A stretch of 64,000 bases of DNA from IMG/VR virus record IMGVR_UViG_3300042885_001472, one strand, 5' to 3'. The notes beneath the pieces are model-generated. The model was not told the origin of the DNA. It ran no database searches and worked only from the letters and a program-made list of their open reading frames with translations. This document shows, piece by piece, positions 49,823 to 59,100 of this stretch (positions are counted from its first letter, which is position 1; the number at the start of each line of letters is the position of its first letter). Source of the DNA: a virus (taxonomy: Duplodnaviria > Caudoviricetes). Made by a program: the position numbers and the translations under genes.

Positions 49823-50491
49823 ATGAGTTTTCATTTTTCACTAAAAATAGTAACAGATGGATTAGTTCTTTATTTAGATGGAGCTAACCCTAAATCATAT
49901 GTGAGTGGTTCTACTATTTGGAATGATATTAGTAAAAATAGTAATAATGGTACATTAACCAATGGACCAACATTTGATACTAGTAATAGGGGATGTATTA
50001 TATTTGATGGTGTTAATGATTATGTGGGGGTAAATAATTTTATAGGAAATCTTAACACATTTTCTGTTAATCATTTTATTTACTTAAACACATCACAAAA
50101 TGGTAAAACAATTTTTAGTAACTTTGGTAATGATAATAATGGATGGGTTACTGGGATTAGTGATAGTCAAACTAATGTTATTAAGTTTTATTTAGGTAAT
50201 ATTGTTCATTTGTATTCTAATACAGTATTACAAAACTTAATATGGTATAGTATTACAATTACTTATAATAATGGGAACCCTAAAATATATATTAATGGTG
50301 TTGAAGACAATTCTAGTTCTACTGTATTGACACCATCTTCTAGTTATTTTGGGAATGATATCGGTAGACTTGGTGATGGTTCACAACACTTTAATGGGGG
50401 AATATCTAACATTCAAGTCTATAATCGTGCTCTAACACCCTCAGAAGTACTTCAAAATTATAATAGTTTAAAAGGTAGATTTGGTTTATAA
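49823..50491 (+). CDS. LamG (laminin G_3) domain protein, paralog 1
   Basis: DGLVLYLDGAN, FDGVNDY, IYING, QVYNRALT..EVLQNY. Confidence 0.88.
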   Translation: MSFHFSLKIVTDGLVLYLDGANPKSYVSGSTIWNDISKNSNNGTLTNGPTFDTSNRGCIIFDGVNDYVGVNNFIGNLNTFSVNHFIYLNTSQNGKTIFSNFGNDNNGWVTGISDSQTNVIKFYLGNIVHLYSNTVLQNLIWYSITITYNNGNPKIYINGVEDNSSSTVLTPSSSYFGNDIGRLGDGSQHFNGGISNIQVYNRALTPSEVLQNYNSLKGRFGL

Positions 50492-50595
50492 TGTCAGGAA
50501 AAGTAAGTTCAAAAATAGTAACAGATAGTTTAGTTTTAAATTTAGATGGGGCTAACCCTAAATCATATGTGAGTGGTTCTACCATTTGGAATGAT
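49873..50595 (+). repeat. 55 bp direct repeat between LamG paralogs (53/55 identical)
   Basis: tttagatgg(a/g)gctaaccctaaatcatatgtgagtggttctac(t/c)atttggaatgat at 49873-49927 and 50541-50595. Confidence 0.9.
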
Positions 50596-51207
50596 TTAAC
50601 ATACTATAAAAACGATGGGGTTTTAACTAATAATCCAACATATAATTCAAATAATGGTGGAAGTATTGAATTTGATGGTACTAACGATTATGTTAATTGT
50701 GGAAATTCAAATTCTTTAAAATTTTTTGATGGTGATTCATTTACCATATGTTCGTGGGTTAAACCTAATCCTACAATGTCTGCTGGGGTTATTGTTCAAC
50801 ATGGGGGTGAACCAAATAGTGCCACTGGGTTTGCTCTTTATTTAGCATTTGGATATGTTGAGTTCGCTAAATCTAATGTCGCAAACACTGGACAAAATAT
50901 TACAACAACACCTTTTAATAATAATGAATGGAATCATATTTGTTGTTCAATAAAATATTCTGGTTTATCTGGTCAAATTAAATTCTATGTAAATGGTATT
51001 TTAAAATCAACATTTAATGGTTGGAGTGCTAACCCAAATATATCTGACTACACTAGACCATTAAATGTAGGTAGGTCTGAAACTGACGCCTTTTTCAATA
51101 ACCTTCCATTTAAAGGGAATATATCCAACGTGTCAATATACAATAGAATATTATCATCTCAAGAAGTTCTTCAAAATTATAACGCTTTAAAAAATAGATT
51201 TATTTAA
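50491..51207 (+). CDS. LamG domain protein, paralog 2
   Basis: LDGANPKSY, FDGTNDY, FTICSWV, WNHI, FYVNG, IYNRILS..EVLQNY. Confidence 0.88.
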   Translation: MSGKVSSKIVTDSLVLNLDGANPKSYVSGSTIWNDLTYYKNDGVLTNNPTYNSNNGGSIEFDGTNDYVNCGNSNSLKFFDGDSFTICSWVKPNPTMSAGVIVQHGGEPNSATGFALYLAFGYVEFAKSNVANTGQNITTTPFNNNEWNHICCSIKYSGLSGQIKFYVNGILKSTFNGWSANPNISDYTRPLNVGRSETDAFFNNLPFKGNISNVSIYNRILSSQEVLQNYNALKNRFI

Positions 51208-51210
51208 AAC

Positions 51211-51483
51211 ATGGAAACACAAGATTACGAAAACAGAAAATTTATGATATTCAATATGTCAGAATTACCAATGATTGATTTTACACAAGTATGTGAAACA
51301 TCTCAAGATACATTAAGGTTTTCCGTTGACGGAACTAAAACATTTGTTAAATGGGATTCAATAGAAATTCCCTCATCAGTAGATTCCCTAACAACAAAAG
51401 AGGGATTGTACACATATGAAGAAATGTTAACAATATTATCCACACCAGAATGGACTAATCCAAATCCATTTCCAATTATATGA
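51211..51483 (+). CDS. conserved small phage protein
   Basis: IDFTQVCETS.DTLR.SVDGTKTFVKW; embedded in the LamG array. Confidence 0.7.
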   Translation: METQDYENRKFMIFNMSELPMIDFTQVCETSQDTLRFSVDGTKTFVKWDSIEIPSSVDSLTTKEGLYTYEEMLTILSTPEWTNPNPFPII

Positions 51484-52217
51484 GTACAATAGGTAATTGG
51501 CGAGGTCCAAATATAATTAAAGATGGTTTATTTTTATATTTAAATCCAAATTCACCTAATTCATTTTATGATACATCAAGTACTATAATAAAAGATATTA
51601 GTGGTAATGGTAATAATGGTACATTAATAAACGGACCAACATATAATTCAAATAATGGTGGTAGTATAGTATTAGATGGTACTAACGATTACCTTAATAC
51701 TAACATAGGAATTAAACCAACCTCAACCACAATAGAAGTTGTTTGTAGTATAATAAGTAATACTTCAATTAAAACTGGTGGTAATACAGTGGCTCAATAT
51801 ATTGTCTTTAGACAAAATACAAGAACTTCTAATTTTGAGGCTGTTGTTCTTAATTATATACAATCTGGGTTAACAGGGTATTTTGAAGGTACTATGTCTT
51901 CCTCTGGTGGGTTAGCTAAACAAGTGTCAACCCCATTAATAAATCTTAATCAAATTTATTCACTCACAGCTACTTACGATTCAAATAACATTACACTATA
52001 TCTAAACGGACAATTTGTATCACAAACATCAACCGGTTTTCCAATTGATTATAATTTAGTTCACACATATAAATTGGGTAGAGCTGACGCTATAGGTCAA
52101 ACATTTGATGGTTATCTTAACGGAAAAATATATGATGTAAGATTTTACGATAGGACACTTACATCTTCAGAAATCCTTCAAAACTATAATTCAACAAAAT
52201 CAAGATTCGGATTATAA
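51480..52217 (+). CDS. LamG domain protein, paralog 3
   Basis: DGLFLYL, NNGTLINGPT, LDGTNDY, LYLNG, FYDRTLT..EILQNY. Confidence 0.88.
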   Translation: MSTIGNWRGPNIIKDGLFLYLNPNSPNSFYDTSSTIIKDISGNGNNGTLINGPTYNSNNGGSIVLDGTNDYLNTNIGIKPTSTTIEVVCSIISNTSIKTGGNTVAQYIVFRQNTRTSNFEAVVLNYIQSGLTGYFEGTMSSSGGLAKQVSTPLINLNQIYSLTATYDSNNITLYLNGQFVSQTSTGFPIDYNLVHTYKLGRADAIGQTFDGYLNGKIYDVRFYDRTLTSSEILQNYNSTKSRFGL

Positions 52218-52274
52218 AGTAAAGTAACTACATATTTATATTTAAATAATATTGGAAAGTGAAAATATTTTAAA

Positions 52275-55127
52275 ATGGGAAATGAATTTGTAATTAAAAA
52301 TGGTTTTATATCACAAGGAACATCTTATATAACTAATGAGGGTAAACTTGGTATTGGTACTCCATTACCCTCTGAAAAATTAGAAGTTAGTGGTAAAACA
52401 AAAACAACTAATTTACAAGTAACATATGGTTCTAGTGAAGGTTATATATTAACCGCTTTAGATAATCAAGGTAATGTAGGTTGGTTACCATTTAATAATG
52501 TTAATATCACTGAATTAGCTCCAGTAATATCAATAGTATCCACACCAATAAGTGGTAGTACTGATGGTGATAGATATTTGATAAGTGGGGGTACTGGTAT
52601 ATGGAGTGGAAAAACTAATTATATTGCCGAGTGGTTAAATCCTGATTGGGTATATACCACTGGTACTACAGATAACACAGTTTTTGTTACCGATACATTA
52701 ACAACTTATAGATATGATGGTACTAATTGGGTACCATATAGGGGTACTGTTATTTTACAAAATGGTAATAAATTAAATACCTCTATTAATATAGGTAGTA
52801 ACGATAATCAAGATATTAATTTTAGAGTTAGTGGTAGTACTAAAATGACTATCACAAAAAGTGGTAATGTTGGTATTGGTACTACTACGCCAGTAAGTTT
52901 ATTATCTGTTTATCATACTCGTACATCAACACCGATGGGTTCGACAATTGATGCAATTAATATGGGTGGACAATACTCAAATACTGCTGGACAGAACCCA
53001 AAAATTATAATATATGACGATGGTGGTTCTGTCATGGGATTTGGTGGTTCTGCGGGTCAATTAGATTACATAACCCCAAGCAGTTCTCACAGTCACGTAT
53101 TTTACACTGGTACAGTAAAGAGAGTTGTTTTAGGAGGAGATGGAAATAATGGTTTTAACATAGCATCACCAACAGCAAAAATTCATGTTGTTGGTAGTAG
53201 TTCCACATCTTCAAATTATGCTTTAAAAGTAGAAAATAGCGCAAATGCTAATTTATTTAATGTTAGAAATGATGGTAATTCTACGTTAAATGGATTAAAT
53301 ATTGGAAAAGGTCCATCACAAATAGTTAGTAATGTTGTATTTGGTGTCAATGCTTTAAGTGCTAACACGACGGGGGATAACAATTTTGCTTTTGGGTTTG
53401 AAACTTTATTAAAAAACATAAGTGGTGACAACAACGTAGGGATAGGACATAATGTATTAAGACAAAATATTTTAGGGAATGATAATGTCGGTATTGGTTC
53501 TCAAACCTTATTGGTTTCTTTAGGACATCAAAATACTGCGATAGGTGCATATTCTTTGATGGATTTAACTTCTGGTACACAAAACACCGCTGTTGGTAAT
53601 CAATCTATGCTTGTAATGACTACTGGAACTTTAAACACTTCTTTAGGGTATTATACGTTACGTTCTAATATATCAGGACAAAGAAATGTGGCGGTTGGAT
53701 GGAACGCTTTAAACTCAGCTTTAAATAGTTTTAACGTTGGATTAGGATATAGAGCTGGTGCGAATATTACGATAGGTGAATATAATACAGCCATTGGTAC
53801 AGATACTGCACCAACATTAACATCTGGAAATTATAACACTATTATTGGAAGAGATACAGGAAGAGGTATAACTACAGGTTCTAGAAATACAATCATAGGT
53901 GCATCTACATTGGGCTTGGACTCAGGTTTAAATGATACTATCATATTAGCAAAAGGTGATGGTGTTATTAGATATATTTGTACTTCATCAGGTAATACAG
54001 GGATTGGTACGATATTACCAACAACTAAACTAGATATTCTTTCGGATACAACAAATGATTCGGGTTTACGGCTTAGAAACTTAACAAGTGCTTCACCATC
54101 TACTAACGGTAAACCAATTGGCGTTGATGCTAACGGTAAAGTGGTTGCTATTGAAAATACTTGGCAATCAATTAATGCAGATACCGAAATTTACACAGAA
54201 TCAAATACAGATGTAGTGGCAACAGGCATGACTATTACACCACCCGCAGGAACTTATAAAGTAGATTTTAATGGAGAATACCAAGTGATAGCGGGTAACG
54301 TAGTTGCTTTGGCTCAATTAGATTTACAGACGTTATATTTATACTTAAATAATTTAACACCAACATCATCTCATGGTTTAACTTTTGGTAGTGGAGAAAT
54401 TTTAGGACCAGGAGTTTACACCGTTGCAGGAGCAGGTTCAGTTGCTGGTACATTAACTTTAAACGGTGGCGCCAATGATTTGTTTGTAATAAGAGTAGCA
54501 GGAGCAATTAACACAGGTGCTGCAACTACTATAAGTCTTACAGGAGGAGCAACATCCGCAAATGTATTTTTTGTTGCAACAGGTGGCGCAATTGGTATTG
54601 GAGCAAATAACAATATAGTTGGTAATTATATATCTAACGGTTCAGCTGCTGCATTGGGTGCTAATTGTGTTTTTAATGGCAGATTACTTACTACAGGTGG
54701 AGCATTAGCATTTGAATCAGGAGTACTTACTAAACCAACAACGGCAAGTGTTGTTAATATGGGTATTTTAGAAACTTTTCTTTGTTATACAAACGCTGGA
54801 AATGTTAGCAATACAGCGTTGGCTCAAATCACAGGTGATTTAGGAACATCATCTGGGGCAGTTTCAATATTTGTAAGCAGCACATTTAATGGAAACATTT
54901 ATGACAACTCTCAACAGTTTGGTAACAGTAGTAATTTTAGTTTATACGAAGGAGCAACTATGGTTTCAAATTCAAACAGACTTAAAGAAATAGATGCTTA
55001 CACCAGAGATATTATACTAAGCGGCATTGCAACGGTAGATGGCACACAGGCTATAACTGTTAGGTGGCGCACAAATATTGGAAGAGTATATTTAAATAAC
55101 AGAATATTAACAATAGTAAAATTATAA
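52275..55127 (+). CDS. long fibre protein: DUF2793-like domain, NTAxG repeats, C1q-like tip with inserted ice-binding (DUF3494)-like domain
   Basis: GDRYLI..TGIWSG..IAEW (DUF2793-like); GNVGIG linkers; NTAxG repeats; LGPGVY..GTLTL..LFVIRV..GATSANVFF..GRLLT. Confidence 0.85.
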   Translation: MGNEFVIKNGFISQGTSYITNEGKLGIGTPLPSEKLEVSGKTKTTNLQVTYGSSEGYILTALDNQGNVGWLPFNNVNITELAPVISIVSTPISGSTDGDRYLISGGTGIWSGKTNYIAEWLNPDWVYTTGTTDNTVFVTDTLTTYRYDGTNWVPYRGTVILQNGNKLNTSINIGSNDNQDINFRVSGSTKMTITKSGNVGIGTTTPVSLLSVYHTRTSTPMGSTIDAINMGGQYSNTAGQNPKIIIYDDGGSVMGFGGSAGQLDYITPSSSHSHVFYTGTVKRVVLGGDGNNGFNIASPTAKIHVVGSSSTSSNYALKVENSANANLFNVRNDGNSTLNGLNIGKGPSQIVSNVVFGVNALSANTTGDNNFAFGFETLLKNISGDNNVGIGHNVLRQNILGNDNVGIGSQTLLVSLGHQNTAIGAYSLMDLTSGTQNTAVGNQSMLVMTTGTLNTSLGYYTLRSNISGQRNVAVGWNALNSALNSFNVGLGYRAGANITIGEYNTAIGTDTAPTLTSGNYNTIIGRDTGRGITTGSRNTIIGASTLGLDSGLNDTIILAKGDGVIRYICTSSGNTGIGTILPTTKLDILSDTTNDSGLRLRNLTSASPSTNGKPIGVDANGKVVAIENTWQSINADTEIYTESNTDVVATGMTITPPAGTYKVDFNGEYQVIAGNVVALAQLDLQTLYLYLNNLTPTSSHGLTFGSGEILGPGVYTVAGAGSVAGTLTLNGGANDLFVIRVAGAINTGAATTISLTGGATSANVFFVATGGAIGIGANNNIVGNYISNGSAAALGANCVFNGRLLTTGGALAFESGVLTKPTTASVVNMGILETFLCYTNAGNVSNTALAQITGDLGTSSGAVSIFVSSTFNGNIYDNSQQFGNSSNFSLYEGATMVSNSNRLKEIDAYTRDIILSGIATVDGTQAITVRWRTNIGRVYLNNRILTIVKL
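54294..54905 (+). other. DUF3494 ice-binding-protein-like domain, apparently circularly permuted
   Basis: Helix ALAQLDLQTLY, then GEILGPGVY, GTLTLNG, LFVIRV, LTGGATSANVFF, GRLLTTGGAL; the normally N-terminal segment VNMG..F..NVSNT...ITGDLG follows at 54750. Confidence 0.82.
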
Positions 55128-55131
55128 AATC

Positions 55132-55278
55132 ATGGAACCAATTACTTTAGAACAACTATTTATTTTAGTAGAATCATTAAAAAATGATATTAATGAAATT
55201 AAAACAGAAATTAAAACAACACAAGAACTAATATCTAAAATTCAAACACGTCACTTTAATAAAATTATAAACCCATGA
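55132..55278 (+). CDS. small coiled-coil protein (48 aa), absent from the ORF track
   Basis: MEPITLEQLFILVESLKNDINEIKTEIKTTQELISKIQTRHFNKIINP*; ATGA overlap with 55275. Confidence 0.65.
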   Translation: MEPITLEQLFILVESLKNDINEIKTEIKTTQELISKIQTRHFNKIINP

Positions 55279-55730
55279 AAATCATTTCAAAAAACACACT
55301 AAACACTCAATTTAATACAACGTTGGCAAATATCACTCAACAAGGTGTAGTTGATGTTAATAATTTATATTCTAATTTATTAGCTCAACCATTAGTTGGT
55401 GGCGCAGTTTCAAATGCTGGCACAAATATTATTGTTGGAGATATTGGCACAAATGCAGGAGCAATTACAGGTTTTGAAAGTGTTACTTTGAGTGGTGTAA
55501 TTTACCCACCAAATCAAGGCTCATCAAACGTTCAAGTTTCAATTTATGTTGATGGAGTAATAGTACCAACATCTACAAGAGAGCACACAAATGTTATCAC
55601 TAAAGAAGATATAGCAATTGCAGATGTGGTTACATTAGCCGTTGGTCAGGTAGTAACAGCAAAGGTGTTAAACTCCATAGGTATTTCAAGATTTTACAAT
55701 AGAATTTTAACTATGAATTTAATAAACTAA
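55275..55730 (+). CDS. truncated paralog of the fibre tip (C1q-like plus partial DUF3494)
   Basis: Aligns to fibre residues ~665-700 and ~835-950: GGAVSNAGTNIIVGDIGTNAGAITGF; C-terminal NRILT. Confidence 0.75.
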   Translation: MKIISKNTLNTQFNTTLANITQQGVVDVNNLYSNLLAQPLVGGAVSNAGTNIIVGDIGTNAGAITGFESVTLSGVIYPPNQGSSNVQVSIYVDGVIVPTSTREHTNVITKEDIAIADVVTLAVGQVVTAKVLNSIGISRFYNRILTMNLIN

Positions 55731-55732
55731 TT

Positions 55733-56098
55733 ATGAATTTTTACATTAAAAAAAATAGTGAATTACCCCTCTTAACAATGGAGTTAATATTTGACGGAAG
55801 AAATGATTTTCGTAATTTTTACGAATTAATTCAAAACGCGGATATCACTTTCTCTATGTTTAACCCTGAAAACAATATAAAAAAGATTTCATGTAGACCA
55901 GCGGAAATTGTTAAAAAAATTATTCCTTGTGAGGATTTAACATCTCGTGAGGAATATTATATTGTATATAAATGGAGAAAAAAGGATACTAAAGAACCTG
56001 GAACATTTATTGGTGAATTTACCATCAATTTTTTAGATGGTATGGGTACATTGGTTACCCCAATACAAGAAAAACTATTTATCCATGTAATAAATTAA
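55733..56098 (+). CDS. virion structural protein (BppU N-terminal-like)
   Basis: FYIKKN..LP.L..EL, ITFSM, VYKW...DT..PG.F.GEF.I. Confidence 0.5.
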   Translation: MNFYIKKNSELPLLTMELIFDGRNDFRNFYELIQNADITFSMFNPENNIKKISCRPAEIVKKIIPCEDLTSREEYYIVYKWRKKDTKEPGTFIGEFTINFLDGMGTLVTPIQEKLFIHVIN

Positions 56099-56134
56099 TT
56101 TCTTCCCTTCTTTTTATTTATCAAATTTTTTTAC

Positions 56135-56142
56135 TATATTTG
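56135..56142 (+). promoter_or_regulatory. Bacteroidota-type -7 promoter element TATATTTG
   Basis: 16 nt upstream of the polymerase ATG; same TATATTTGTGG context as the 12819 promoter; -33 TTTG not evident. Confidence 0.55.
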
Positions 56143-56158
56143 TGGTAAAGTTATAAAA

Positions 56159-59100
56159 ATGGAATTAAGTAAAGAAGAAATTAAGGATTTTTTGGAGGGT
56201 AGAGACCCACAAAAGTATATTATTGGTATTGAATCAACCTACGATCAAAATTTTGTTAATCTTATTATAAATGATCCCATTACTGGGAAACGTATTGAAA
56301 AACATAAGTTTAAACCATTCCTTTGGATGAAAAGTCCGGATATGGATAAGTTTTTTAAAGGTGATCGTAGACTTATCAAAACTAAGTTAAGAGAACACAT
56401 GATTACAATTACACCCCTTAAATTAGAGGATGAAAATGGTAATATCCACAAACGTTTAGAAAATGGTTTTAAGTTCTTAGTTCAAACCAGAGGTAGTTAT
56501 AGAAATATTACTAACTTTTTTAAAGAATCCGGTATTGATATTCAAAAGGAAGAAAATAGGAAGGGTTTTTTAACCCTTGGCCCTACAGAGCAATTCTTAA
56601 TACAAAGTGGTAAAAGATTATTTAAAGGGTTTGATGATTACGCGGATTTAGTTAGATTTTCTTTTGATATTGAAACCACATCTTTAACACCAGAAACCGG
56701 TAGAATTTTACAAATTGGTATGAAAGATAATCGTGGTTTTGAACACGTATTAGATATTGATAGTGATGATGAAGAACGAAACGCGATTTATACATTTTTT
56801 AATATTATTGATGAATTAAAACCAGATATTATTTGTGGTTATAATTCAGAGAACTTTGACTGGACATATATTTTAGGTCGTTGTGAATTACTTAATTTAG
56901 ATTATAAAAAAATTACTAAGACACTTAAGAATGGTATGCCACTTTATCGTAAACAAGCTACTTTAAAATTAGGTGGTGAGATGGAGTATTATCAACAAAC
57001 TGTATTATGGGGTTATAACGTTATTGATGTGTGGCACGCGGTTAGAAGAGCTAAAGCCATTAATTCAAACATCAAAGAAACTGGTTTGAAGTATATTACA
57101 AAATATTCTAAAATCGCTAAACCTAATCGTGTATATGTTGGTCACGATAAGATCGCTAAAATTTGGGTAGATGAACGTCCTTACTTATTTAACGAATCTG
57201 ATGGTAAGTATATGGTAGTTCCGGAAGATAAAACTGGTTATGAAGGATGGGAAGAAGTGGATGGTAAATTTATAATTAAGAAATATCTAATAGATGATTT
57301 ATGGGAAACAGAACAAGTTGACTACAAATATAATCAAGCGACATTTTTATTGTCTAAATTAGTTCCATCAACATTACAAAGAACCTCTACAATGGGTACA
57401 GCGGCCTTATGGAAAGTATTGATGTGTACTTGGTCATATGAGAATGGTTTAGCTATACCTGATTATCAACCTAAAGAAAAATTTCCTGGTGGATTATCTC
57501 GTTTATTAAGAATTGGTTTCGTACCAAATGTAGTTAAATTAGATTATGGATCACTTTACCCTTCAATACAATTAACTCACGATGTATTCCCAGAAGTTGA
57601 TATTACCGGTGCGTTAAAAGGTATGTTAACTTATTTATTCGCGGAACGAGATTTATATAAGAATCTAATGAAAAAAGCTCAAAGAGAAGGGGACGATAAA
57701 GGGGCTGATATGTTTGATAAGAAACAATTACCAATTAAAATTCTTAATAACTCTAACTTTGGTTCATTATCAGCCCCAGATGTATTTCCTTGGGGTGATA
57801 CTAACATTGGTGCGATGATCACTTGTACTGGTAGACAATATCTACGATTGATGATTAAATTCTTTATGGATAAGGGGTTTGAACCAATAGTAGGTGATAG
57901 TGTGACGTATGACACACCTGTTTATATTAAATATGGTGATGATATATTAGACATTTTACCAATTTCAGATTTATTTGATATAACTGGTACTATTGAAGGT
58001 GATCAATTAAGAGATTACTCAGATAAACCATATAAGATATTAACTAGAAGTGGTTGGAAAGATATTAAGTATGTTTATAGACATGGTACAGAAAAACAAA
58101 TTAAATCAATTTCAATAAAAGATAGGGGTAATGTTGATGTGACGGAAGACCATTCACTTTTTCAAAATGGGGTTGAAATAAAACCTTCATCATTAAAAAT
58201 TGGTGAATATATTGATGTTTATGAAAATGGGGATGTCAGTCAAGGTTTAATCACTAATATATCTGATATTGACAACCCATGTCCAAATAATTTTGTCTAT
58301 GATGTTTCAACAGAAGATGGGACATTTATTATCGGTAAGGGTAAAATAATCGCCCATAATACCGATGGTTTCAACTTTAAGATACCAGAAAACGCTAAAG
58401 AATTAACATACACTGGTTTAGGTACTCACTTAACAGTTGTTAAAGATAAAATATATAATGGTATTGAAGCGGCTTTAGCTGAGTTCAATGAAAAGTATAT
58501 GAGAGGTTTTATGAAGTTAGGTATTGATGAGGTAATTGAATCAACTATTAATTTATCAAGAAAAAATTATGCGGATTTAATTGATGGTGAAGTTAAGTTA
58601 GTTGGTAATACAATTAAATCGGCTAAGATGCCAAAGTACATTGAAGATTTTTTAGATAAAGCGATTAGAATGTTATTAGAAGGTAATGGTAATGAATTCA
58701 TTGAACTTTATTATGAGAATGTTGAAATGATTTATAACCAAGAAATCCCATTACTTAAAATCGCTAGTAAAGGGAAAGTAAAACAAACATTAGAAAGTTA
58801 TAAAGAAAATACTAAAAGGAAGAATAAAGCCGGTAATCCTATGCCACGTCAGGCTCATATGGAACTTTTATTAAAAGAAAATATTAATGTTAACCTTGGT
58901 GACACAATATATTATATTAATACCGGTACTAAAAAATCTCACGCTGATGTTAAAGCTAAAAAGAATAAAGATGGTACTACTGACATTGAATTTAATTCAT
59001 CGTTAATCTTAACTAATCAAATTGAGAATAATCCAGATTTAAAGGGTGAGTATAATGTCACTAAATATTTAGTGGCTTTTAACACTAGGATTGAACCATT

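Noticed and set aside
49823-55730. Diversity-generating retroelement or invertible tail-fibre switch
   Set aside because: No reverse transcriptase, no adenine-specific TR/VR pair, no invertase and no inverted repeats seen; the repeats are direct and coding.
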